Below, in pieces: positions 19,844 through 31,689 of a DNA stretch of 64,000 bases (positions are counted from its first letter, which is position 1; the number at the start of each line of letters is the position of its first letter). Origin of the DNA: the human T2T-CHM13v2.0 reference genome, Homo sapiens. The translations under genes and the position numbers were made by a program. The notes under the pieces were generated by a model that worked only from the letters and a program-made list of their open reading frames with translations, made no database searches and was not told the origin of the DNA. The DNA lies in NCBI RefSeq assembly GCF_009914755.1, contig NC_060932.1; one strand, given 5' to 3'.

Positions 19844-21163
19844 TGAGAGGTGATAGCATGCTGGCAGCCCTCGCAGCCCTCCCTCACCAGCGCGACTTCC
19901 GGGTGCGCGTGGGCTGGGCTGGCCCGCACTTGGAGCGGCCAGCAGCCCCGGGCAGTGAGGGGCTTAGCACCTGGGCCAGCAGCTGCTGTGCTCGACTTCT
20001 CGCCAGGCCTTAGCTACCTCCCTGCAGGGCAGGGCTCGGGACATGCAGCCTGCCATGCCTGAGCCTCCCCCAACCTTGCGCTCCTGGGCAGCCCCAGCCT
20101 CCCTGATGAGCGCCGCTCCCTGCTCCATGGCACCCAGTCCCCATCCACCGCCCAAGGGCTGAGGAGTGTGGGCACACCGCGCGGGACTGGCAGGCAGCTC
20201 CACCTGCAGCCCGGTGCGAGATCCACTGGGTGAAGCCAGCTGGGCTCCTGAGTATAGTGGGGACTTGGAGAACCTTTATGTCTAGCTAAGGGATTGTAAA
20301 TACACCAATCGGCACTCTGTATCTAGCTCAAGGTTTGTAAGCACACCATTCAGCACCCTGTGTCTAGCTCAGGGTTTGTGAATGCACCAATCCACACCCT
20401 GTATCCAGCTACTCTGGTGGGGCCCTGGAGAACCTTTGTGTGTAGCTCAGGGATTGTAAATGCACAAATCAGCACCCTGTGTCTAGCTCAGGGTTTGTGA
20501 ATGCACCATTCGACACTCTGTATCTAGCTACTCTGGTGGGGACTTGGAGAACCTTTGTGTCCACACTGTATCTAGCTAATCTAGTGGGGACGTGGAGAAC
20601 CTTTGTGTCTAGCTCAGGGATTGTAAACGTACCAGTCAGCGCCCTGTCACAACAGACCGCTGGGCTCTCTGTAAAATGAACCAATCAGCAGGATGTGGGT
20701 GGGGCCAGATAAGAGAATAAAAGCAGGCTGCCCTTAGCTAGCAGTGGCAACCTGCTCGGGTCCCCTTCCACACTGTGGAAGCTTTAGTCTTTCGCTCTTT
20801 GCAATAAATCTTGCTGCTGCTCACTCTTTGGGTCCACACTGCCTTTATAAGCTGTAACACTCACCTCCAAGGTCTGCAGCTTCACTCCTGAAGCCAGCGA
20901 GACCACGAACCCACCGGGAGGAAGGAACAACTCCAGACGCCCCGCCTTAAGAGCTGCAACACTCACCGCGAAGGTGGGCAGCTTCACTCCTGAGCCAGCC
21001 AGACCATGAACCCCACCAGAAGGAAGAAACTCGGAACACATCTGAACATCAGAAGGAACAAACTCCAGACATGCCGCCTTTAAGAACTGTAACACTCACC
21101 GCGAGGGTCCGTGGCTTCATTCTTGAAGTCAGTGAGACCAAGAACCCAGCAATTCCGGACACA
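19844..21163 (+). mobile_element. LTR12 (HERV-9) solo LTR
   Basis: Starts tgagaggtgatagcatgctggcag, ends aattccggacaca; tandem tctagct/CCAAT units; 4-bp TSD ccag / ccgg. Confidence 0.96.
20270..20810 (+). promoter_or_regulatory. LTR12 U3 enhancer/promoter array
   Basis: Repeated caccaatc-type (NF-Y) units; gggtggggccagataagagaataaaag (GC box, GATA, AATAAAA TATA-equivalent) at about 20697-20723; AATAAA at about 20803; activity not shown. Confidence 0.6.
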
Positions 21164-23379
21164 CCGGCACTTTGGGAGGGTGAGGCAGGCGGATCACGAA
21201 GTCAGGAGATCGAGACCATCCTGGCTAACACTGTGAAACCCGGTCTATACTAAAAATACAAAAAAAAAATTAGCCAGGCATGGTGGCGGGCGCCTGTAGT
21301 CCTAGCTACTGGGGAGGCTGAGGCAGGAGAGTGGCGTAAACCCCGGAGCAGAGCTTGCAGTGAGCCCAGATCGCACCACTGCACTCTAGCCTGGGTGACA
21401 GAGCGAGACTCTGTCTCAAAAAAAAAAAAAAAGAAAGAAAGAAAACATTTAGCCTTCAATCTTTTCTCTACACAACCAATTTAAAAACTCACATATTTTA
21501 GAAACATTCTAATTTGCTGACAAAATGTGAGAGCAATTTAAGTATATTTTAAAAATATGAGGCATGAAAGTATGAGAATCTATGAGATTGGTTTGTCAGA
21601 TTCCACAGGCACTAGCAATGTGATCCCAACAACATACAAGAAGTTTTCATTAGGATTACACACAACTGGGCAGAGTGGTATTGCAGACTGCTGCTGATCA
21701 GCTTTAAAGTTTTTAAAAATAAAAAGAAAGAAGAAAAATTGACAAATAGGTAATAAATGTATTATTAAATACATTTTGTTGGACTGTTACCATCACCTAT
21801 ATCAATACTTATTATTTCTATTGCCAAAACATTATTCATATACACTGAAAAGACAAACAAAACACAGTTGTTAATGTTAAGTTTCCTTGCATTTTTTCCT
21901 CCATATTCATGAGGAAGTCAATGAGAAGGAGGATCATAGAGCTCACAAGATTAGTGAGGGCCCCCCAGCATTAGAAGGTAAGTGGTGCTGTTATTTGTTT
22001 ATTCTTTTGTTCAGATTTTTCCCAGCCAAAGGTTTTCAGGTCTATAGATCCTAGAAGGTGATTATTAAAGTCTAGGAGCTATTTCTTTTTAAATGAATAT
22101 ATTGCTCAACTAATTCATATTTGTTGTGGAAAAACTATAAAATACAGATGATAAGCATACAATAAATAATCACTTCAGGTTCCAACAATTGAGGCAAAAA
22201 CCCTATGCCAATTGAAACAATTTTAAATGTAGATATGTGTGTTTTATGAACGCAAAGAGTGAAATTGCCTTTGACTATGATAAGTCTAGAAACCAGAAAA
22301 TTTTGCTACTGTATTGCTAATTATAATTCTCATAAATAAATCTCTTTTCTCAAATTCAAATTCAAACATGTCACTATTTTTTAAAATAAAGAAATCCATC
22401 CCAATGTACCCTAAAAAGCTCTGTGCTTTTATTTTACATGATCTTCGTCTTTCATAGCAGAAGGCAAGAAATTTACCTAAATTTATCTAAGCTTTGGCTT
22501 TTTTTGGACATATAATGTTTATATATCATAAAGTAAACAACGTATGTCAACACAAAAGAAAGAAAGCTGTGAAGTAATTTGAGGCTCCACCTCAATATTC
22601 TAATTTTATGGTCTCCTTTATTTCCTTGAAATAAGGGAAATGGAAATTAGGATGGCATTTAAGGGGAAGAAGATGTAGGGGCTCTAAGGAAGAAAATGAG
22701 CAGGATCCTTGTAGCTGTTTCCAGTGTGCTTACCTCTTGTGGCAGGCAGGAGAGTATTTCTGGTTTCATTACCCGTGAAGAGGCTTCCAAATGGATGCCT
22801 CCCCATAGGGTTCCCAAGCAATCATTCCATTAGTCAGTGAATCAAGAAACACTCAGTGACCACATCATCAGACTAATAGCACATTCAAAGGTTGTAATAA
22901 AGGAAAGTTAAACAAAGCCTCTGCTTCTCACAGAAAGTCCAGAGTCAGAGACATACCTCTTGACCCACATTCCACACCCAAAATATTCCCTTGTCCTCTT
23001 AACTAGGAAACTGATTTGTCTTTTCTTTCCATTCTCTGTGGCCATATACTAATTAAACAAATATGTGTTGGGTGTCAATAAGAAATAATTCCTGTCGTTA
23101 ACAAGAATCCCTCCTTAAGTTCAAACTTGAATCTTTCTGATTTCAAAGCTGCTGCTCTCAGATAATAAAGTATACTGCCTTTTACAGAAATGGTATTATT
23201 TCATTTTCCTTCCATAAGTTTTTGTCTAACATGTGCAACATACATGTAAGGGGATACAATCTCCATCACATTGATGAGAACCTGAAAACTAGAAAGATTC
23301 AAGCTAGCTTTCCAAGGTAAAAAGTAGGTAAATTGCAGAGCCAATATATGAACACTGTTATTCCAAATATGTGAGTGGA

Positions 23380-23815
23380 GTAGAGATGAGGTGGACAAAG
23401 ACAGTGCCCAGTTTCTGACCCTGGGTAACTTCCTGAGTGGTAATGCCACCTAAATTAGGCATAGCATGTTTGAGGAAGAAGAAAAATCAATGATCATTGT
23501 ATCAATTGAGCGAATAGAAATTGGAGGTGAGATAGAAGACAAGGGTTTTCAAGGATTTTGCAGACCAAAGTCAAGGAAAGGTTTGAGAGTATCTAGATGC
23601 ACAAATAAGATCAAATCAGCATGAAACTTTATTAGTTTAATTGCTTAGTTTGTTAGGTTAGTATGTTTCTAATAAGATGACAGAAACTTGAGGATATTTT
23701 TTGACTTGAGAAGCAAAAGGCGGAGATGAAGGAGCAACTGAAGAAGGGAATTTGGAAAGAGTGTTCTAAAGAAAAAGGAGAGAATAGGATCAAGAAACAA
23801 GAGTGCAGGCTTAAT
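23380..23815 (-). mobile_element. L2 fragment
   Basis: cccagtttctgaccctgggtaact..gtggtaatgcca..gtttgaggaagaag purine-rich antisense L2 pattern. Confidence 0.5.
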
Positions 23816-23849
23816 TTAGACAAAAAACACTTGATTTCAATCAAAAAGA

Positions 23850-24862
23850 CATTTGATTTCAATAACCTTAATTAACTTCCATGGTATTCTGCTTTGATGT
23901 CACTAATTTTTTACTACCAATATTTGTCTACCTGTTACTTTGAATTTTATGACAATTGAATTATTTTTAATCAACTTCCTTATGAATGTATTACACAAGT
24001 ATACACGGTATGGTTCTTAGTTTTGTGATTGGACACTGCATGATATTAGTAGTCATTAGGGTAGTCTGCATACTCCAAAGTGTAGCAGAAAGGGGATGAC
24101 AGAAAGATCCTCTGTAATGTTGAATCTCAAACATTCCTATCAGTATCAGGCCTTCAAGTTGAATTGGGCAATTATTACTACTTCCAATACATGGGGATAG
24201 TCTTGTCTTCAGAATTCCAAATCTCAAAATTATGATAAAGTGACTAAAACATTACTAATGTAATCCATTTCAAATGAACAGCCACATACATATAAATAAG
24301 CTATAGATGGTTTAAGGAAAGAGCCATCAAATCAAAAATTTTAAAGCAAAGATTCCAGGTTGAAGCTTCGAAGTTCTGCTAACATGGTTGACTCTTGGAC
24401 TCTTGGTTTTTTGCCAGTGGTGGTAGGACATCTTTGTATGCTTCTGAAACTTTTTAAATATGTTTATGTATGTCAGCGGAAGTTGTTAATCCAGGTGTTA
24501 CTTTTCTCTATAATTAAGCTGCCTAGTCATCCAGCATTTTGGGTAATAGCATAGTTACCATCTCATTAAAAATGTGAATCCCAATGAAGAAACATGTTTC
24601 TAGAATGAAGCACTTTCTTTCTTTCTTTTTACCAGGTCACTGTGACAGAGATGAGGCATTTGATTTCAATAACCTTAATTAACTTCCATGGTATTCTGCC
24701 TTGATGTCACTAATTTTTTACTAGAAATATTTGCCTACCTGTTACTTTGAATTGTATGACAATTGAATTATTTTTAATCAACTTCCTTATGAATGTATAA
24801 TACAAACATACATGGTATGTTTTTAGTTTTGTGATTGGACACGGCATGATATTAGTAGTCAT
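23850..24862 (+). repeat. Dispersed direct repeat of about 207 bp (23850-24056 and 24657-24862)
   Basis: catttgatttcaataacc..gatattagtagtcat present twice, about 94% identical by eye. Confidence 0.95.
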
Positions 24863-24884
24863 GTCCTGCCACAAATATTTTGTG

Positions 24885-25085
24885 TCCCAGCCCTATGTTT
24901 GCTTCTTTATAACTTACCACAATGAAAGTTTGCTCATGAGTGTTTACTAAGTTTTTGCCAGTATCTCCACCTGGAATATAAGATACAAGCACAAAACTGT
25001 CTTTCTTTTCACTATTCAATTCTCACTGCCTAACCAAGGGTGTGGATTGGCCACTTAATGTTTGCTGAAGAAATGCCTGAATGAG
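24885..25085 (+). mobile_element. L2 3' end
   Basis: tctccacctggaatataag..ttcactattcaattctcactgccta..aatgtttgctgaagaaatgcctgaatga. Confidence 0.55.
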
Positions 25086-25200
25086 CCAAATCATTGTAAA
25101 TGATCCAATTGATTTGCTTTCTACAGACCTGGATTTTGATCTCCCCTTTTATTTTAGTTTAATAACTTTCGACTATTTTAATGATTTTCTTTAGCAGTAA

Positions 25201-25216
25201 GATGGATGGATGGATG

Positions 25217-25260
<44 letters not shown>

Positions 25261-25261
25261 T
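25201..25261. repeat. (GATG)n(GATA)n compound tetranucleotide STR
   Basis: Seen directly. Confidence 0.98.
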
Positions 25262-25275
25262 GTGAACTTTACCCA

Positions 25276-25673
25276 TGATATGATTTAGATCTGTGTCTCC
25301 ACCCAAATCTCATGTCAAATTGTAATCACCAATGTTGGGGGTGCTGCCTGGTGGGAGGCGATTAGATCATGGGGGCGGTTTCTAATGGTTTAGTACCATC
25401 CCCCTTGTACTGTCTCATGATAGAATTCTCATGAGATCTGGTTGTTTAAAAGTGAGTAGCACCTCCACCCTCCCTCTCTCTTTTTCCTGGCCATGTGAGA
25501 TGCCTTCCTTGCTCCCCGTTTCCCTTCCTAAGTTTCCTGAGGCTTCCCGAGAAGCAGAAACTGCTATGCTTCCTGTACAGCCTGCACAATCATGAGCCAA
25601 TTAAACCTCTTTTCTTTATAAAGTACTCAGTTTCAGGTATTTCTTTACAGCAGTGCAAGAATGGATTAATACA
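25276..25673 (+). mobile_element. MSTA-type MaLR solo LTR
   Basis: tgatatgatttagatctgtgtctccacccaaatctcatg..ttaataca; perfect 5-bp TSD accca. Confidence 0.93.
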
Positions 25674-26727
25674 ACCCATTTCAACTCATTCTAGATGAAC
25701 AAATTTTTTTTTTACTTTGTTCTAAATTACGGTGGTTTGGTTTTATATGTGTGCTTGCATCTTGTTTACAAATAATTACATTTTTAAAATCCAGCTGTAC
25801 TTGAAATAATCAAATAAGTGGATTATAAAGGTATTTTCATTTTAACCACTATAACTACAGATGCTGCTAAGTTGTTAAGCTCCTGAAAATAATCTCTTAC
25901 ATCTCTTTAAATCCATTAGAACACAAATGGCGAGTGAGTCCTCTGACATTTCTTTTGATGTCCGTAAAATGTATTTATCTCTTTCTCAGAGAGCTAATTA
26001 TTTGTTTTTTCCTTAAATATCCTGTTAGAAAGATATCATCAATGTTTATTGTTTTTTCTTCCTATTGCTTGACCTCATTTGTAGGTTTTCCACAAAACAT
26101 AACAGCTTGGATTTGGTGAATGGCTCATCACACAAATCACAAAATATAAATTTTGCTTTGAGGTTTTTGTCTCTCCCTGGCCCTAGTTTAAGAATCCTTA
26201 ACATGATTTATAACTTCTCCCAATTTCTTTTTACCTCACTTACCCATTTATTAACGTCTTTACAATTTTACTCTCCCTTCTAAATATATTTCTTCTCACC
26301 ACAAATCAATTGTTTTAATACACTCATGTGAGGACAGGGAGAGCACCCTAATCCTGGAGAGGAATGACAGCCTGAGAGATTAGAGCATTATATGAGAAAT
26401 TTGACTAAAATTAGAAAAGCAACAGATGCCTTTCTCACGAACAGGTCTCAGGAGCATGACTTGACCCGGGAGGCTTAGTACATTGTCCTGGGATTTGGCA
26501 GTGATGAGGGAAAATGTGCAGTGCCTTGGTACACTTGCCTGTTTAAATCAGTGTTGCCAATCATTGCCTTTGCCCTGAATTTTTTAATATTGACTTCCAT
26601 ATTTGCAAGGCAAATGCTCTTAATTTCTGATGCAGTTAGTGAAGTCTGCCATCTACTTTGTCCCAAGCCCTTTAACTGACATAAAGAGAAAGGAATTTTA
26701 AGAATTGAAGTATGTAAAGCCAAATTG

Positions 26728-26773
26728 TTCTCTGTCTCTCTCTCTCTCCCCCCAACCCCACCCAAACACACAC

Positions 26774-26809
<36 letters not shown>

Positions 26810-26813
26810 ACAC
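26728..26813. repeat. (CT)n and (CA)n microsatellites
   Basis: Seen directly. Confidence 0.95.
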
Positions 26814-27412
26814 AAAGAAATAACAGTCCAGAGAGTTTGAGTTATTTACCTGTTATCACAATGGATGGGACACTTTCCCTGCCTCTCATTACATTTATGC
26901 CTGCAGCCCCTCAGGAAGAGCAGAGCTTAAGAAGAGTCTGGCTCCCTGATCTCCATGTAACTCTACCAACCAGAAACATACGACCAAAAATATAAATCCA
27001 GGTATTCAGATTTCTAACATGATCATCTGGAGATTTAAATGATTTTTTTATGATTAATCAAGATGATCTAAATAAACAAAAATACTTATATTAATTATAT
27101 TTTGGCCATATGATAAGAATCATACAAATTCCAACTCTTCTTGGCTGGTTAGCATGTTTAGCAGAACCCCTGAAGATAGAAAGATATTTCAACAGGTAAA
27201 TACAACCTCTCCATGTTTATGATACATTGAAATTAGAAGCAACAGGAAAAAGGTGGTGAATGGAGGTAAATGATTCAATTGAGCAATTAGAAATATGGCC
27301 AAGTTCTGCTATAAACATACTTTGGGTTTTGTTTTTTTTCTTTGTTGTCATTTTTCTTTGCTGCACCTGAGCAAAACTATATTTACCAACCACATATGAG
27401 GTGCGGTCATCC

Positions 27413-27698
27413 TTTTTTTTTTTGAGACGGAGTCTCGCTCTATCGCCCAGGCTGGAGTGCAGTGGCTCGATCTCGGCTCACTGCAAACTACGCCTCCCGG
27501 GTTCACGCCATTCTCCTGCCTCAGCCTCCTGAGTAGCTGGGACTACAGGCGCCCACCTAATACTAATTTTTTGTATTTTTAGTAGAGACGGGGTTTCACC
27601 GTGTTAGGCAGGATGTTCTCCATCTCCCGACCTCGTGATCCACCCCCCTCAGCCTCCCAAAGTGCTGGGATTACAGGCGTGAGCCACCGTGCCCGGCC
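27413..27698 (-). mobile_element. AluY
   Basis: Antisense Y-diagnostic gggttcacgccattctcc and caccgtgttag; TSD ggtgcggtcat at 27400-27410 and 27699-27709. Confidence 0.96.
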
Positions 27699-30189
27699 GG
27701 TGCGGTCATTCTTAAATACACTTTGACATGGAGAAGGTAAACCCAATAGAAACATGACTCATCCCCAAATGTATACACTGTAAATTCATGATGCCAAATT
27801 GAAAAATTTAAAGTTTAGAAGGATTAGTCGTCCACATTTATTTTTTTAAATAACTATAATTGCAAATAATGTACATTATACTGTAGGATGTAGTAATGAT
27901 TGAATAAAACTCGATATAGGATAATTACATAAGATTACCCCAATAATACCTGTATTAATAATAATGCCTCTACCTGCTGTCAGTGATGAAAAAAGCATGA
28001 GTAGGAAACCTGGTTAGCTCAGTTAAGACTCACAATAATAACGTGAGTACTTCATGATAAGCACAATGTTTCACATTAAACATATTGGGTATATTGAATA
28101 TTATGAAGGAAAATGGAAAATTCTAATTATGAGATAAAACTACAAAGATAAGTGATATCAGAAAATGGGAAGTAAAAAATATGGTCTTTGTCACCCAAGA
28201 AATAAAGGTATTAATTTTTCTTTTCTCTTCATTTATAGTTTTCATAGATAAGATAGTTAGTATTTAACTTGGTATTCTTGAGTAAAGTTGAATTACAAGA
28301 ATTTCAAATTTGCGTTATAGATTCCAAACTACTTTGGAATATTCTCCACACATTTAAGTGACATCTTTTTCAAAGCACCATGGCTTTAGAGATAGAAAGG
28401 GTTTGACAGGGTGCTATTAATTATGAAATTTTCACAATTATTTTCAAAAACTAGCTGGAATTCTCATAAATAATGTATTAACCTGATTTGATGAATCTGG
28501 ATAGTAAATTATCTCCTACACTTTTTTTTTTATAGAAGCTAATGGTACTTGTGGAAATACATTGATCTAACTCCATCAGAAAACACTTGTAATGGTAATG
28601 AAAACCTAAGTACCATAGATAAAACACAGCAAATGAATTTCCCCATGTTACGAGAGCAATATCAAGCACAATGTGAATGTTGCCATTAATTCTTGTTTTC
28701 CATTATTGTTGCAAAATGTTGTTAAAAGCATTTGTGAATTCAAAATAATTAAATCTTTTGACCTACTCAAAAGAAATGATCCCCCAAGACATAGCTTCAA
28801 AAATCGAATTTTCCTTCAAACTGTTGTATATTTGAGGGCTTTAATTAATTCATTAGTTTATTTAATATGATAAAATTAATCTTGATTTTGCATTTCATTT
28901 TAATAACTTTGATAGCTTAAGAACTGCATTTGATCTTATGATAATTTTGCCTGAGATGTGTTATTATCTTGAAGGATTTCTTGAAATTCCCATTTGCAAA
29001 TAGTCTCAGAATTTGCAAGTGTTTGCTTGTTGAGCACAAATACATTTAAAGGTAAAAGTAGCAAAAATGCAGACAATCACAAATAAACATTGAAAATAAA
29101 CACTAAAATGTGTTTCCAAGCTTCTTTACATTATTTTCTTATGGACTTAGCCTCTGATTGGAGAAGTGCTAATGTGAAGCTCGAAGGCTTCCCCCAGGAG
29201 ACCTCTGATGCCTCTTTTAAAGTGTATTATTCAGACTAGAGTGAGCAGCTGCTCCTGTGCCCAGCTGTGAATGGTTCTGAAAGCTTTCCTCTACAAGCCA
29301 CTCATCCAACTCTCATAGTTCACAATAATCATGCTTTAGGTTAAGGCCTTAAAATGTCCCCATTAAAATACATATGAATTAATTGGCAACGGGGTGGCAG
29401 GTAGAGGGAGACTAGATTAATCCAAAAATTTTGAAAAAATTTTTAAGGGTTTTATGAATAACTTTTATTCATAAAGTTTGAAACTTAATTCCACGTTAAT
29501 TAATTCATTCACAAATATTTCCTTGTATGGGCCAGACACTATTCTTGGTATAGTAACCATTCAGGCACATGTACCAGGGGAGCATTCTGCTCTGCTGTGG
29601 CCTGCAAAGGACCCTTGGGTTTCCTGAAGCTCTCACTACTTATCCCACCTAGTGTCACTTAGCCTGAACTGCTTTGTATAGTATATTGCACAGGATAGAC
29701 ACCTCCTCCACCCATGGTGTGTCAGCTACTAGAGGGGGCGATTTTATTCTACGTACAGCACTGATCAATGTCCCACTATGAAGTTTAGAGGATGCTGATG
29801 GGATGCTGAGTATTCTGGGCAGTATGCAGCAGGTCTAGAGATTGAACAGGTGTTTTACGCATGTATATTCTTTGACTTCCAACTCACGTATAGTGTCTTC
29901 TAGCTCTATTTCCCAATGAGCTATTTGAGCTGACTGGCTCATTTCCTACTGAAAATAAATTTGAACTTCACAGGAAAATATCCTGATTTACTTAATTGCA
30001 AAAGATATGTCAATATTTTAATATCCAACTTTTCAATTCCAATCATTAGGGACTATTTTCATAATATGTTTAATTCAAGGACTTCTAAAATATAAGCAAT
30101 GATTTGGGAAAAGGAAAGATGAACTTGGAAGGAGCAGAGTCTCTACAGTAAAAAATAATTGGTTCTGTTCTAGCTGCATGGCTTTATTC

Positions 30190-30680
30190 ATGTAACTCCT
30201 TCAATCACAGCAATGTTTACTTAATACCTACCATGCACTAAAAAGACATACAAGACATTTAAGACATAACTCTGAAACAATAGGCACCGTATCAACAATG
30301 AGCTTAGGGTCTAGGAACACCTAAATAACTACAAACAGGGCAATAAATACAGTCATGAGGTTTGTACAGAAAGCCAGGGGGATAAATGGAAACCATGTCT
30401 ATTGTATTTTGGGGGATCAAGGTAGGAGTATTTCGAGAAATACAGCAGAAATCAGCCAAAAGAAGGAAGGAGATAAAGGATAAACAAATTCTTTCCGATA
30501 GAAAAAAACATGGACATAAGGTGGACAGATGACATAGAGTTCATTGATGAAACCAGTGTGAATTTCTATATTTCTATCTTTTCTCTCAAAATGGGAACCA
30601 TAATGCTTGTTACACCTACCCTACAGGGATTTATTTATAAAGAGCAAATGAAATGGAAATGTTAGAGAATAAATATGAGA
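30190..30680. mobile_element. Degraded L2 (-) followed by a MIR core (+)
   Basis: caatgtttacttaatacctaccatgcact (L2 tail, antisense); ctcaaaatgggaaccataatg..cctaccctacaggg (MIR). Confidence 0.5.
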
Positions 30681-31689
30681 ATTGGAGTATTTCTAGTTTC
30701 ACTAGGGTGGCTTCTATTCATAGTAAAGACTTTTCTAAACTTCTTATTAACTATTATTCAGTTTGTTGAAGTACAAGTAGAAAAACAATTTTAGTTAGTC
30801 AAATGTTTAAATATTATTACTCTATGTATAAATATACTATATTTTATCAATTCTTTACAACATTTTTGTATCTTAGCTAAAATCCCTTATATATTATTAC
30901 ATTATAAATTTAACATATTAAATTTTTTAAATACCTAAATGTCTAACAAAACATTACCAATTATTAAATGTCCTATAAATCTAATGAGTTAAGCTCATAA
31001 AGTTGATAAATTTTGAATTCACATAAGCATTTCAGTGTTGCTTACAATCTTAATGAAAATCCCTTTATACTTTTTAATATTAAGTGTAAACATAATTAAT
31101 CTCTTTATACATTTCAAACAGAAAAATGAGGCTTATCTGTTAGGTCTCTAGTCTACCAAATTCTTTTAAACATAACAAATCCCACAATGCTAAATATAAA
31201 TAGTTGTTACAAATATAACACAAAAATATTCAAATGATGAGTTTGATTGGCTTCGAAATTTTGAATATTTATTTCTGACTATTCTAAAATTCATATTCAG
31301 TGCTTATCTACTACCAATTGTATTATTCCAAAAAAATCAGGATTCTCTTTTCAGTATTTTTACATCATCCATAGAGATATTTGATCAGAATGCTGGTGTC
31401 AATTCTTGCTTAATATACTAATTGAGACCATGAACCCCTATAGTCACAAAAACAAATTTCTATGATTTACTAAGAACTATAATCCTACATATTCACCTGA
31501 TTTAAATCAGAACCTACCAACCAAATTTTCTGATCTGTTCATTGAATTCAACTAATTAATTTACTGCCAAATTCTATTCTAAAATATTGTTCCTCTTTCT
31601 CCTATGTGATAGGACCACAATTTATATAGCTATTTTTATTACATCCCATTAGATTTTTTCATCTCTCAAAAGTTTGTCACATAACTCAC

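Larger units (their letters stand above)
19810..21443 (+). mobile_element. AluY split by LTR12 (Alu parts 19810-19843 and 21164-21443)
   Basis: Y-diagnostic gagatcgagaccatcctggctaacac and gagcttgcagtgag; 14-bp TSD aacatttagccttc at 19796-19809 and 21444-21457. Confidence 0.95.

Noticed and set aside
19860-20230. CpG-island-like GC-rich patch (also 60100-60720)
   Set aside because: Fully explained by LTR12 sequence; no associated gene is visible.
20270-20640. Regularly spaced ~40-bp repeats resembling a CRISPR array (also 60770-61040)
   Set aside because: These are the known LTR12 U3 tandem units; there are no unique spacers or cas genes, and the context is eukaryotic.
19810-21443. The two Alu-LTR12 composites as a segmental duplication or a single mobile composite
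   Set aside because: Different Alu subfamilies, different TSDs and flanks, opposite relative orientation and different LTR indels.
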